Shown: positions 42,750 to 52,223 of the stretch, one piece after another
Position numbering within the stretch: position 1 is the first letter of the stretch
Layout of the letters: each line of letters starts with the position of its first letter
Source of the DNA: Nitrospirota bacterium
Lineage (GTDB): Bacteria; Nitrospirota; UBA9217
Direction of reading: 5' to 3'
Length of the DNA stretch: 64,000 nt
Assembly: GCA_963737155.1 (NCBI GenBank)
Contig: CAVTRN010000002.1
Span: 1,824,001-1,888,000, forward strand
Program-made: the position numbers and the translations under genes
Notes under the pieces: generated by a model
The model's database searches: none
Seen by the model: the letters and a program-made list of their open reading frames with translations, nothing else
Told to the model about the DNA's origin: nothing

Positions 42750-43136
42750 ATGATAATTCTTCGGAGCGAAAAAGGGCTGGGCACAATCAAGCTATGGATC
42801 TGGCTGCTGATCCTCTCACTTGTTGCTTACATGGGCTTCAAACTGCTGCCCATGTACATCGATTTTGAGCGCATGAAGGATGAAATGGATGTAAAGGCCA
42901 GCCTGGCGCGGGTGCTGAAAGACGATGAAATACGGTCGGCCCTTGCCGACAAGGCAAAAGAGCTGGAACTTCCCCTTGAAGGCGAGGATTTTATTATCAT
43001 GCGTGATGATGAAAACCACCGTATGACGATAAAAGCTGGTTGGGATGTTGAAGTCAATTTTCCTTTTAATATTTATATCAGAAAATTTCATTTTGAACCT
43101 GTAGTGAGCGAGGATACACTTCGTGTTCGAATGTAG
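42750..43136 (+). CDS. DUF4845-like membrane-anchored protein
   Basis: Pilin-like N-terminus (EKGLG plus transmembrane helix), KLLPMY; conserved position after lepB. Confidence 0.65.
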   Translation: MIILRSEKGLGTIKLWIWLLILSLVAYMGFKLLPMYIDFERMKDEMDVKASLARVLKDDEIRSALADKAKELELPLEGEDFIIMRDDENHRMTIKAGWDVEVNFPFNIYIRKFHFEPVVSEDTLRVRM

Positions 43137-43150
43137 AATTTCTCTTTAAA

Positions 43151-43179
43151 TTGACAAAACGAATGCAGCAGGTTAAACT
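43151..43179 (+). promoter_or_regulatory. Putative sigma70 promoter of the yicC-gmk-rpoZ-coaBC operon
   Basis: TTGACA-N17-TAAACT, 29 nt before the GTG start. Confidence 0.6.
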
Positions 43180-43207
43180 TGAACCTTGAGAAAAGGGTGG
43201 TGAAGCA

Positions 43208-44089
43208 GTGATTCGCAGCATGACGGGTTATGGACGGAAGGAAGTGGGCGATTCGGAATATCGCCTTGTTGTAGAGGTACGCTCACTGAACAACCGGTAT
43301 CTTGACATCCAGCTTAAGTCACCACGTTCGTTTGCCACATTGGAGACCCGCATCCGGAAGTACGTACAAGACCGGTTCGCCCGGGGAAGGTTTGATATTT
43401 TTATTTCGCGGTGTGGTGATCAGGAGAAGCCGTCCAGGCTTGTTGTAAATGAAGCGCTTGCAGGACAATATATTACAGTTCTCAGGGACCTTAAAACACG
43501 TTACGGACTCGCAGGAGACGTGGATCTTTCGCTGGTGGCTGGGTTCCCGGACATCGTCACAATGAACGAGTCACAGGAAGATATGGAGACTGTATGGCAG
43601 ACCCTGTCTGCCGGGCTTAAGGAGGCTCTCGACGAAGTGGGGAGCATGCGGTCTGAAGAGGGCACTGCTCTGGTACGGGACGTGGCGGCAAGACTTGCAT
43701 CAATCGAAGGATTGATTGTAAGAATTAAAGCCAAAGCTCCGGCCACCGTTGATCTCGCCCGCAAAAGAATGACGGACACGTTGAGCAGGCTTCTGACTGA
43801 ACAAACCGATCCCGTAAGGGTCGCCCAGGAAATAGCGATTCTGGCAGAGCGTACGGACATAACCGAGGAACTGACACGGCTCGGCAGTCACCTGAGCCAA
43901 TTCCGGTCCATGCTGGCCGATTCACCGCCTGAGGGTGTTGGCAGAAAGCTTGACTTCCTCATCCAGGAAATAGGGAGGGAAGCGAATACGATCGCATCAA
44001 AAGCCATGGATGCAGAAATTTCCCTGGATATTGTGCACACCAAGGCCGAACTCGAAAAAATCCGGGAACAGATCCAGAATATCGAGTAA
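43208..44089 (+). CDS. yicC: YicC/YloC family endoribonuclease
   Basis: MIRSMTGYG, RSLNNRYLD, DITEELTRL, GRKLDFLIQE, EKIREQIQNIE. Confidence 0.95.
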   Translation: MIRSMTGYGRKEVGDSEYRLVVEVRSLNNRYLDIQLKSPRSFATLETRIRKYVQDRFARGRFDIFISRCGDQEKPSRLVVNEALAGQYITVLRDLKTRYGLAGDVDLSLVAGFPDIVTMNESQEDMETVWQTLSAGLKEALDEVGSMRSEEGTALVRDVAARLASIEGLIVRIKAKAPATVDLARKRMTDTLSRLLTEQTDPVRVAQEIAILAERTDITEELTRLGSHLSQFRSMLADSPPEGVGRKLDFLIQEIGREANTIASKAMDAEISLDIVHTKAELEKIREQIQNIE

Positions 44090-44092
44090 ACC

Positions 44093-44344
44093 ATGCTGAA
44101 TAACCTCGTCAACATTGGATACGGAAATATGGTAATGGCGTCAAAAGTCGTGGCTGTACTCTCCCCCGATTCGGCGCCCATGCGCCGCCTCAAGGATGGG
44201 GCAAAAGAGCAAAAAATGCTGATCGATGCCACACAGGGGCGGAAGACACGCGCCATCATTATCACCGACAGCGACCATGTTATTCTTTCCGCAGTCCAGG
44301 TGGAAACGTTGATGCAGCGATTCACAGAGCGAGGTGCTGAGTGA
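44093..44344 (+). CDS. DUF370/RemA family protein
   Basis: [40 protein letters not shown]. Confidence 0.92.
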   Translation: MLNNLVNIGYGNMVMASKVVAVLSPDSAPMRRLKDGAKEQKMLIDATQGRKTRAIIITDSDHVILSAVQVETLMQRFTERGAE

Positions 44345-44948
44345 AGAAGAAACAGGGGCTGCTGTTCGTGGTATCAGCGCCGTCAGGCGCTGGTAAAACC
44401 AGCCTGTGCAGGGCGATGACCGACTCGCTGGAGAATCTTACGCATTCGATTTCTTATGCCACACGCAAGCCCAGGCCCGGTGAGATCGACGGCAGGGATT
44501 ACTATTTCGTCAGTCCGGAGCGGTTCCAGGAAATGATCGATGCCGGAGATTTTGCCGAATGGGCGGAGGTGCATTCAAATCTCTATGGAACATCGCGGCG
44601 GGTGCTGGACGATGTGATCCTTAAAGGTGTCGATGTGATTCTCGATATTGACACACAGGGCGCCAAGCAGATCAAGTTGAAATACGACGCTGCGGTGTTT
44701 ATCTTCATCATGCCACCATCGCTCGAGATCCTGAGGAGCGGCTTCGAAACCGCAAGTCCGACCACGAAGAGGAAATAAAAAAGCGGATGCGCAGGGCGCG
44801 GCAAGAAATCAAGGATTTCAACATGTATGACTATCTCATCGTCAACCGTGATTTCGATCGGGCACTTGCCGAAATCAGATCGATCGTCACCGCAGAACGA
44901 TGCAAAACAAGGTTGGCAGATACTGCTTGGATCGAAGGCTTACTCTAA
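44341..44948 (+). CDS. gmk: Guanylate kinase, interrupted by an apparent 1-nt deletion near 44733
   Basis: [26 protein letters not shown] and PPSLEIL, after which the C-terminus (ERLRNRKSD...YDYLIVN...IVTAER) continues in the -1 frame to TAA at 44948. Confidence 0.93.
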
Positions 44949-44981
44949 TAACTTAATGAAATAGGGCACAGGAGGGATACA

Positions 44982-45431
44982 ATGTTAAAACCAGCTCAAG
45001 ATCTAATTTCACTACCCATTGAAATGAACGACAAGATTTCCGACACGAAGTTCCGGCTAGTGCACATCGCTTCTCAACGGGTGCGGCAGCTATCAGCGGG
45101 CGCAGCGCCAGTTGTGAGGTCGCAGTCAATAAAAGACTCCACGGTCGCGCTCGAAGAGGCGGTCGCGGAGAGCTTCAAAATTCTCATCGGCGAAGATGCG
45201 AAAAGAGCCAAAGAGGAATTTCGTAAACAGGAGGAGCGAGCGAAGCTCGAGGAGCAGCTGTCTGCAAAGGAAGAGGAGATTCGCAAGGAGCTTAGCGCCT
45301 ATCTGTCCGACTCAGGGGCGGAAGAGCCCGCCGAGGAATCGGTCAGTGAAGTAACGGCCGAAGAAGAAGATGATGGAGAAACCGATGCAGAAGAAGCTGA
45401 GCCGGAAAATAACGAAGCGACCGAGGAATAA
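44982..45431 (+). CDS. rpoZ: RNA polymerase omega subunit with long acidic C-terminal extension
   Basis: KFRLVHIASQRVRQL...KDSTVALEE core; position between gmk and coaBC. Confidence 0.85.
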   Translation: MLKPAQDLISLPIEMNDKISDTKFRLVHIASQRVRQLSAGAAPVVRSQSIKDSTVALEEAVAESFKILIGEDAKRAKEEFRKQEERAKLEEQLSAKEEEIRKELSAYLSDSGAEEPAEESVSEVTAEEEDDGETDAEEAEPENNEATEE

Positions 45432-45451
45432 ACATCACGGAGCGGCATGAC

Positions 45452-46651
45452 GTGTTGGCAGGCAAGCGCATACTACTAGGAGTGAGCGGCAGTATCGCCG
45501 CATATAAGACCGTTGATCTGCTGCGCAGACTCAGGGAACAGGGCGCGGAGGTCAGAGTGTCGATGACAAAACATGCGGCTCATTTTGTTTCCCGCCTGAC
45601 CTTAGAAACATTGAGCGGCTTACCGGTGTTGATCGATGATTTTACCGGCGGAGAACAGGCTACAATTGGGCATATCGAGATCACCGACGGTCTCGACGTG
45701 GCGCTTATTGCTCCTGCCACGGCAAATATCATAGGCAAGATTGCTTCCGGCATTGCCGATGATGCGCTGACATCGGCGCTTGCTGCGCTGGCCTGCCCCC
45801 TGGTAATCGCTCCTGCCATGAATGATCGGATGTACCACAACCCGATCGTGCAAAGAAACATCATGACCCTCAAGGAAATTGGGGTACGGTTCATAGAACC
45901 TGAAACAGGCAACCTTGCCTGTGGGACGACCGGCCAGGGAAGGCTGGCCGAAACAGAACGCGTTATCGAAGAACTCTCTTCCCTGTTCCTGCCGCAGGAT
46001 CTGGCAGGACGGACCGTTCTGGTGACTGCCGGTCCGACGCGCGAAGCCATCGATACTGTCCGGTTTATCAGCAATCCCTCGACGGGGAAAATGGGTTATG
46101 CCGTCGCCGTTGCCGCGAAAGAGCGGGGGGCTGATGTCATTCTTGTATCGGGGCCGAGCCAGATCGATCCGCCCGTTGGTATGAAATTCATTCCTGTCAT
46201 AACCACCGAAGAAATGCATGATGTTGTCCTGAATCAGTTCCCGCAATGCGACATTGTCATCATGGCAGCTGCTGTCTCAGATTTCAAACCTTCCCACGTA
46301 GCAAATCACAAAATCAAAAAAAACGAGGCGCCTGATCTCCTGAAACTCGAGCGGACTCCCGATATCTTGAAAGAGCTCGGCAATGCTGCAAGCAAGTGTG
46401 TCCTCGTCGGGTTTGCCGCAGAAACGGATGATCTTGATCGGAATGCCTTGCGGAAAATGAAGGAAAAAAATCTCGACATAGTAGTGGTGAACGACTTGCT
46501 GCGACGCGGCTCTGGATTTGCCGTAGATACCAATGCTGTAACGATCATCGACCGGACCGGGAAGAGACAGGAACTTCCGACCATGACGAAAGCCAAGGCT
46601 GCAAGAATTATCATTAACTCAGTCATAGAACTTATTAAAGAAAATAAATAA
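45452..46651 (+). CDS. coaBC: Phosphopantothenoylcysteine decarboxylase/ligase
   Basis: GVSGSIAAYK, APATAN, APAMN, VTAGPTRE, SNPSTGKMG, AAAVSDF, VGFAAET. Confidence 0.97.
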   Translation: MLAGKRILLGVSGSIAAYKTVDLLRRLREQGAEVRVSMTKHAAHFVSRLTLETLSGLPVLIDDFTGGEQATIGHIEITDGLDVALIAPATANIIGKIASGIADDALTSALAALACPLVIAPAMNDRMYHNPIVQRNIMTLKEIGVRFIEPETGNLACGTTGQGRLAETERVIEELSSLFLPQDLAGRTVLVTAGPTREAIDTVRFISNPSTGKMGYAVAVAAKERGADVILVSGPSQIDPPVGMKFIPVITTEEMHDVVLNQFPQCDIVIMAAAVSDFKPSHVANHKIKKNEAPDLLKLERTPDILKELGNAASKCVLVGFAAETDDLDRNALRKMKEKNLDIVVVNDLLRRGSGFAVDTNAVTIIDRTGKRQELPTMTKAKAARIIINSVIELIKENK

Positions 46652-46701
46652 CCTCATCGTTCTGCCTGATTCTCCTTCGCCCCTCAATAAACCATTGTTT
46701 C

Positions 46702-46730
46702 TTGACAAAGCAATTCGGTCAACCTATAAT
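46702..46730 (+). promoter_or_regulatory. Perfect-consensus sigma70 promoter
   Basis: TTGACA-N17-TATAAT, exact match. It implies the true start is ATG 46761 or 46770 rather than 46695. Confidence 0.75.
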
Positions 46731-46760
46731 ATTTACAAGGTTTTTACGACGAATACAGGT

Positions 46761-47222
46761 ATGTTTATCATGACAAATTTGGAACTTCTCCAGAAATCAA
46801 TGCTATTCAAGGGTAGCAACAGCAAGGAGCTGGAAATGGTCCTTGAATTGTTACAGGAGCGCAAAATCAATCCCAATGTGACAATTTTCACCGAAGATAT
46901 GCCCGCAGAGGCGCTCTATATCGTAAAAAGCGGGTCGGTGAGAATCTCGATGATGGCCCAGGAGGGAGAAGAAATAGGCCTCCTTCTTCTTGGACCGGGA
47001 GAATTTTTTGGCGAACTTGCGCTCGTCCAAGACGGGGTGCGACTGGTGAATGCGCGCGCGGATTCATCCGTTGAAATTCTGCTCATTACCAGGAAAGATT
47101 TTCAAATTCTTCTCGAATTGGCCCCCCATACCGCATCCCGCATTCTCATGGTTATCATGAAGCTGCTTGCCATGCGCGTCAAAGCTTACAGCAACCGGTT
47201 CAAGAACCTCCTCCTGCTATGA
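46761..47222 (+). CDS. Stand-alone cyclic nucleotide-binding domain protein
   Basis: LYIVKSGSV, GEFFGELAL, R.VNARA; no HTH domain. Confidence 0.85.
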   Translation: MFIMTNLELLQKSMLFKGSNSKELEMVLELLQERKINPNVTIFTEDMPAEALYIVKSGSVRISMMAQEGEEIGLLLLGPGEFFGELALVQDGVRLVNARADSSVEILLITRKDFQILLELAPHTASRILMVIMKLLAMRVKAYSNRFKNLLLL

Positions 47223-48181
47223 TTCTTGCCGGAATCGATATTGGTACTAATTCACTCCGTCTTCTCATCACACAAATCGATCGCTACATTTTTCGCGAAA
47301 TATACTCAGATCGGAACACCACACGTCTGGGTCAGGGCCTCGATAGTACCGGAGCGCTCGACCGAGAAGCCGAGGACCGGTCCCTCCGTGCGCTCCTGAA
47401 TTTTGCAGAAAAGCTTCAACAGCACGACGTGCAGCATATAGCAGTCGTCGGTACAAGTGCTCTCCGGAATGCGTCAAACGCAAAGGATTTTATTCGGGAA
47501 GTAAAAAATATAACTGGGCTTGCTGTCAATGTCATCTCTGGCGAAGAAGAAGCGCGGCTCACCTTGATTGGAGTTTCCCGGTCGATTGAGAGGAATTATA
47601 AAAAAACCGATAGGAATAAACTTGAGAAAGCTCTCATCATTGATATCGGAGGAGGCAGCACCGAGATTATTATCACCTATCACGATCAGGATACTATAGT
47701 CGCCAGCCTGCCCCTTGGAGCAGTTTATCTGAATGAGCGGTTTATACAGCATGATCCGCCGGACAGACGCGAACTTGAATTAATGAGATCCGCGATCAGG
47801 AGTGAAATTGAGACAGCGATTGGTATAATTCGGCCGGCACCAGGGAGCATATTTGCAGGCACAGCCGGTACAATTACCACCCTTGCGTCCATGGTTCTGA
47901 GACTCGAAACATATGATTCTAACAGGATCAATGGTACTGTTCTGGATCGAGAATCAATTGATAATATTGTTGATACGCTTGGCCACATGACGATGAAAGA
48001 ACGCAGTTCGATCCGAGGACTGGAGCCGGCACGGAAAGATATAATTCTTGCAGGTGCTGTTGTGACGCAGGAAATTATGAAATATTTTGGGTATTCTTCC
48101 CTGATCGTCAGCAATTGGGGACTGCGGGAGGGCATTGTTCTGGACCTCTACGGAAAATTAATAAACAAACAACATCGTTAA
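47219..48181 (+). CDS. Ppx/GppA family phosphatase
   Basis: IDIGTNS, RLGQG, TSALR, ISGEEEA, DIGGGSTE, GTAGT, GLREG. Confidence 0.93.
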   Translation: MILAGIDIGTNSLRLLITQIDRYIFREIYSDRNTTRLGQGLDSTGALDREAEDRSLRALLNFAEKLQQHDVQHIAVVGTSALRNASNAKDFIREVKNITGLAVNVISGEEEARLTLIGVSRSIERNYKKTDRNKLEKALIIDIGGGSTEIIITYHDQDTIVASLPLGAVYLNERFIQHDPPDRRELELMRSAIRSEIETAIGIIRPAPGSIFAGTAGTITTLASMVLRLETYDSNRINGTVLDRESIDNIVDTLGHMTMKERSSIRGLEPARKDIILAGAVVTQEIMKYFGYSSLIVSNWGLREGIVLDLYGKLINKQHR

Positions 48182-48356
48182 AATGATGTCGCCCGATGCC
48201 GGAAATCCCGGTTCTGATTAAGTCAGGCTTGTGCTCCACCAGTTAAAATGCCTTTCCGATTCTTCAATTGTTTAATTCTTTTTTGCATTCATTTTCCCGA
48301 CTTATGCGATAATTTTGATATACTTAAAACACAATAAATGAAGGAAGGGAGATACT

Positions 48357-49121
48357 ATGCTTTCCGATAAAGTTCTTCTCGCCATTCAAAACAAATCGCA
48401 GACAATGAGTAAGCCCGTCAAGCTGGTACTATTTACATCCGATACTGGGTGCGTAGCCTGTTCGGACATGTTGGAACTTGTTCGGGCCATAAAAAACAAA
48501 TTCAACAAGATCGCCTTGGAAACCTATGATGTAGTCATGGATAGGGACAAATCTGAGCATTACGGTGTTACACTTGCTCCTGCATTGGTTGTGCAGGGAG
48601 GTGATACTAGTGTGGTCAAGTTCTATGGAATGATGGAGGATGTCTTTCTCGACATCCTGCTGTCGACGATCAGTGCGGTATCTAACGGAAAGTTATGGTT
48701 TCCCCGTGATGTCGAGCGCGCTCTTACCCACCTTACCAATGACGTTTCTGTCCGTGTTTTTGTGGAAAGCGACTGCGCTCAGTGCAGGCCAGTTGCCGAA
48801 ACTGCAATAGGCTTGGGGATCGAAAGCAAATTGGTAACTACCAGCATATTCGTGGCAAGTGATTTCCCCGAGCTGATTAAACGGTATCAAATCACCAAGC
48901 TTCCTAAAACCATATTCGGAGAAAACCTGCATCTCGATGGGCATGTAACAGAGAGTACATTTCTTGAGATGATTTTCCAGGCGGAGGGCTTGAAAACTGG
49001 ACCTGACAAAAAATGTCTCGTGTGCGGTGTTTCATCGCCTGATACTATTTGCGAAAATTGTAAAGCTAAAATTCAAGCGGAGGCTGTGAATCACAAGCTT
49101 AAGGGGGAAAAGCTTAAATAG
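48357..49121 (+). CDS. Two-domain thioredoxin-fold protein disulfide oxidoreductase (PDO/AhpF-N-like) with C-terminal Cys4 motif
   Basis: CVAC and CAQC active-site motifs, FPELIKRYQI..LPK, and terminal CLVC-x7-CENC. Confidence 0.75.
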   Translation: MLSDKVLLAIQNKSQTMSKPVKLVLFTSDTGCVACSDMLELVRAIKNKFNKIALETYDVVMDRDKSEHYGVTLAPALVVQGGDTSVVKFYGMMEDVFLDILLSTISAVSNGKLWFPRDVERALTHLTNDVSVRVFVESDCAQCRPVAETAIGLGIESKLVTTSIFVASDFPELIKRYQITKLPKTIFGENLHLDGHVTESTFLEMIFQAEGLKTGPDKKCLVCGVSSPDTICENCKAKIQAEAVNHKLKGEKLK

Positions 49122-49202
49122 TAATCATGACAGTAGCACGGTTCTCATAAGCAGGATTGTCCGCAACACGCGCAGCGGGCTCACCAATGGGGGAGGCAAT
49201 CC

Positions 49203-50213
49203 TTGAAAACAGCAATGTTCCAGGAGCCAAAAGAAGGGAAGACGGTTCAGTGCAGCTTGTGTAGTCACCGCTGTCTTATATCGCCGGGCAAGCGCGGAAT
49301 CTGCGGTGTGCGCGAAAACAAGGAGGGAATCCTCTACAGCCTTGTCTATGACAAGGTAATCGCCCACAACATCGATCCCATAGAAAAAAAACCGCTCTTT
49401 CACTTTCTGCCCGGCAGCTCATCTTATTCCATCGCTACTCCCGGATGCAACTTCCGCTGTAAACACTGCCAGAATGCCGATATATCCCAGCTTCCTCATG
49501 ACCGGGGAGGCATGATCCTGGGAGAAGATGCCACGCCTGCTTCTATCGTCGACAGGGCCCTTCATTATCACTGTGCCAGCATTTCCTATACCTATACAGA
49601 ACCGACCATCTACTTCGAACTCGCCTACGATACTGCCCGCCTTGCAGTTGAGGCCGGGCTCAAGAATGTTTTCGTGACGAACGGCTACATCACGTCTGAA
49701 GCGCTTCAGGTAATCAGACCCTATCTTCATGCGGCAAATATAGACTTAAAGGGGTTTCGAGATGACTTCTATCGGCAGGTCTGCGGCGCGAAGCTTGAGC
49801 CAGTACTCAATGCGATCAGGCACTATAAAGAAGCCGGCATATGGATCGAGATAACCACTCTTGTAATCCCTGGCCACAATGATTCCAGCGAGGATCTGAG
49901 CGGCATTGCGCGATTTATAAAATCAGTGGGTGAAAACATTCCCTGGCATGTATCTCGTTTTCATCCCACGTATAAACTTACAGACCAGCCAGTGACGCCA
50001 CAAGCAACGCTAGAACGGGCGCGACAATTTGGTCTCAACGCCGGTCTCAGGTATGTATACGAGGGGAATATCCTGGGAGAAGGGGAAGATACGATTTGTT
50101 GGAGCTGCAAACATATTCTCATAGAACGAATCGGATTTACCGTGAAGACAAATAACATAAAATCGGGAAAATGTAATTTTTGCGGAGCGGCGGTCGACGG
50201 GGTATGGAAGTGA
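49203..50213 (+). CDS. amrS: AmmeMemoRadiSam system radical SAM enzyme
   Basis: CSLCSHRC...GICGVR, DPIEKKPLFHFLPG, GCNFRCKHCQN, YTYTEPT, PWHVSRFHP, YVYEGN. Confidence 0.93.
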   Translation: MKTAMFQEPKEGKTVQCSLCSHRCLISPGKRGICGVRENKEGILYSLVYDKVIAHNIDPIEKKPLFHFLPGSSSYSIATPGCNFRCKHCQNADISQLPHDRGGMILGEDATPASIVDRALHYHCASISYTYTEPTIYFELAYDTARLAVEAGLKNVFVTNGYITSEALQVIRPYLHAANIDLKGFRDDFYRQVCGAKLEPVLNAIRHYKEAGIWIEITTLVIPGHNDSSEDLSGIARFIKSVGENIPWHVSRFHPTYKLTDQPVTPQATLERARQFGLNAGLRYVYEGNILGEGEDTICWSCKHILIERIGFTVKTNNIKSGKCNFCGAAVDGVWK

Positions 50214-50227
50214 TTGAGTCCGGAGCT

Positions 50228-50656
50228 ATGGGTTCAGAGTCCAACAATCAATTCGAAACCTTCGAGCATGAGTCTGATATAGGCATACGGGGCTTCGGCT
50301 ATACAATGGAGGAAGCCTTTGGTAATGCGGCATTGGCCCTGTATTCCGTCATGGTGAACGTAAACGCAGTTAGACAGTCGGAAAAGAAATTCCTCACCGC
50401 CTCGGCGCCTGACGTCGAACTTCTGCTTGTGGAATGGTTGAACTCACTACTCTCCTTGTCGGATATTGAGCGAATGGTTTTTTCAAAATTTGAAGTCACA
50501 ATAGAAGGTTTGTCTCTGAGAGGGACGGTATGGGGCGAACCTTTAAACCGTGTCCGACATGAGACGAAAGTGGAGGTTAAGGGTGCAACATACCACATGC
50601 TAAGTGTGAAAAACGAAATGGGAAGGTATGTTGCCCAGTGCGTTGTGGACGTGTGA
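50228..50656 (+). CDS. Archease
   Basis: FEHESDIGIRG, LLVEWLN, GE, EVKGATYH, CVVDV. Confidence 0.93.
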   Translation: MGSESNNQFETFEHESDIGIRGFGYTMEEAFGNAALALYSVMVNVNAVRQSEKKFLTASAPDVELLLVEWLNSLLSLSDIERMVFSKFEVTIEGLSLRGTVWGEPLNRVRHETKVEVKGATYHMLSVKNEMGRYVAQCVVDV

Positions 50657-50792
50657 GGAAGACGGGAGGCCGTAGATTCCGAGCAGGAGACGAGTAAGAA
50701 GTATGAATCAGCAGGATGAATAAGACTGATTGCGTTCAGTGCTTTCTCCGCCTCGTCGCCTGTCTACTACCTGATCTCTACCGCCAATAAAC

Positions 50793-52223
50793 ATGGATTC
50801 CAAATCATTCCATAAAATCAATGATTATCTCTGGGAAATTCCGCGCAAGGGAGTGATGCGCGTACCCGGGAGGATTTTTGCGAGCGAAAAGCTCATACAG
50901 GAAATGGACGAAAAAGTTCGCGAGCAAGTGACGAACGTGTCCTTGCTCCCCGGTATTCAGATCGCTTCGATTGCCATGCCCGACGCGCATTGGGGTTATG
51001 GATTCCCGATCGGCGGAGTTGCTGCGTTCGATCCAGATGAGGGCGGCGTCATTTCCATGGGAGGTGTTGGCTTCGATATATCATGCGGGGTGAGAACCAT
51101 AAAAACTGGGATGACGCATGAAGAAATTAAGCCGGGGCTCAAAACTTTCGTAGATCGGTTATTTCACCGCATACCCGCCGGTGTCGGGTCGGAGGGCCTT
51201 ATAAAACTATCAGGCAGCCAGATCGATGATATGCTTCTAGGCGGCGCTGCCTGGGCCATCAAACAGGGTTACGGCGAAAAACGTGATCTTGAATATATCG
51301 AAGAGCACGGTAAAGTGGAAGGGGCCGAACCTGAGTATGTTTCCGAAACAGCAAAAAAACGCCAGTATCGGGAGATGGGAACACTTGGTTCCGGAAACCA
51401 TTATCTTGAACTGCAGGTAGTATCTGATATTTACGATGAGCAGGCCGCTTTGGCAATGGGGCTCAGAAGGAATGACGTCGTTATCACGATCCACTGCGGC
51501 TCCCGGGGATTGGGACACCAGGTCGGAACCGATTACCTCAAAAGCCTCGCCAATGCGGCAGCGCGATTCAAGCTTCCAATCAGAGACCGGGAGCTAGCCT
51601 CGGCGCCGGTCAATTCGCCAGAGGGGGAAAAATATTTTGGGGCGATGAGCGCGGGCATCAACTGCGCCCTTGCGAACCGGCAGATCATCACCCATCTTGT
51701 GCGCGAGGTATTCACCGAGGTATTTCCCGAAGGCCACATAAGCATGCTCTATGATATTAGCCACAATACCTGTAAAGTGGAAACGCATGACATAGACGGT
51801 AAAAAGAAAAGGCTCTATATTCATCGCAAAGGCGCGACCCGCGCATTCGGTCCGGGTCATATCGACCTACCCCAGGAATACCGACATATCGGACAGCCAG
51901 TTTTAATTGGTGGAACCATGGGCACTTCCTCCTATATTCTGGCAGGAACAGAAGAGGGTATGAAGCAAGCTTTCGGTTCAGCCTGCCACGGCGCTGGCAG
52001 GGCAATGTCGCGTACGCAGGCCAAGCACAAATGGCAGGGCAGGGATGTGATCAGCATGCTTGAAGCGCAGGGTGTGATGGTGCGCGGTCATTCCTACCAA
52101 GGAATTGCTGAAGAAGCGCCGGGATCCTATAAGGACGTGAATGAAGTGGTCGAAGCAGCGCATCAGTCGGGGCTTGCGCGCAAAGTCGTGCGGGTCAAAC
52201 CGATTGCATGCGTGAAAGGATGA
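50793..52223 (+). CDS. rtcB: RNA-splicing/repair ligase RtcB (archaeal/eukaryal-type)
   Basis: MPDAHWGYGFPIGG, GFDISCGVR, GTLGSGNHYLE, HCGSRG, HRKGATR, SACHGAGR, EEAPGSYK. Confidence 0.96.
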   Translation: MDSKSFHKINDYLWEIPRKGVMRVPGRIFASEKLIQEMDEKVREQVTNVSLLPGIQIASIAMPDAHWGYGFPIGGVAAFDPDEGGVISMGGVGFDISCGVRTIKTGMTHEEIKPGLKTFVDRLFHRIPAGVGSEGLIKLSGSQIDDMLLGGAAWAIKQGYGEKRDLEYIEEHGKVEGAEPEYVSETAKKRQYREMGTLGSGNHYLELQVVSDIYDEQAALAMGLRRNDVVITIHCGSRGLGHQVGTDYLKSLANAAARFKLPIRDRELASAPVNSPEGEKYFGAMSAGINCALANRQIITHLVREVFTEVFPEGHISMLYDISHNTCKVETHDIDGKKKRLYIHRKGATRAFGPGHIDLPQEYRHIGQPVLIGGTMGTSSYILAGTEEGMKQAFGSACHGAGRAMSRTQAKHKWQGRDVISMLEAQGVMVRGHSYQGIAEEAPGSYKDVNEVVEAAHQSGLARKVVRVKPIACVKG

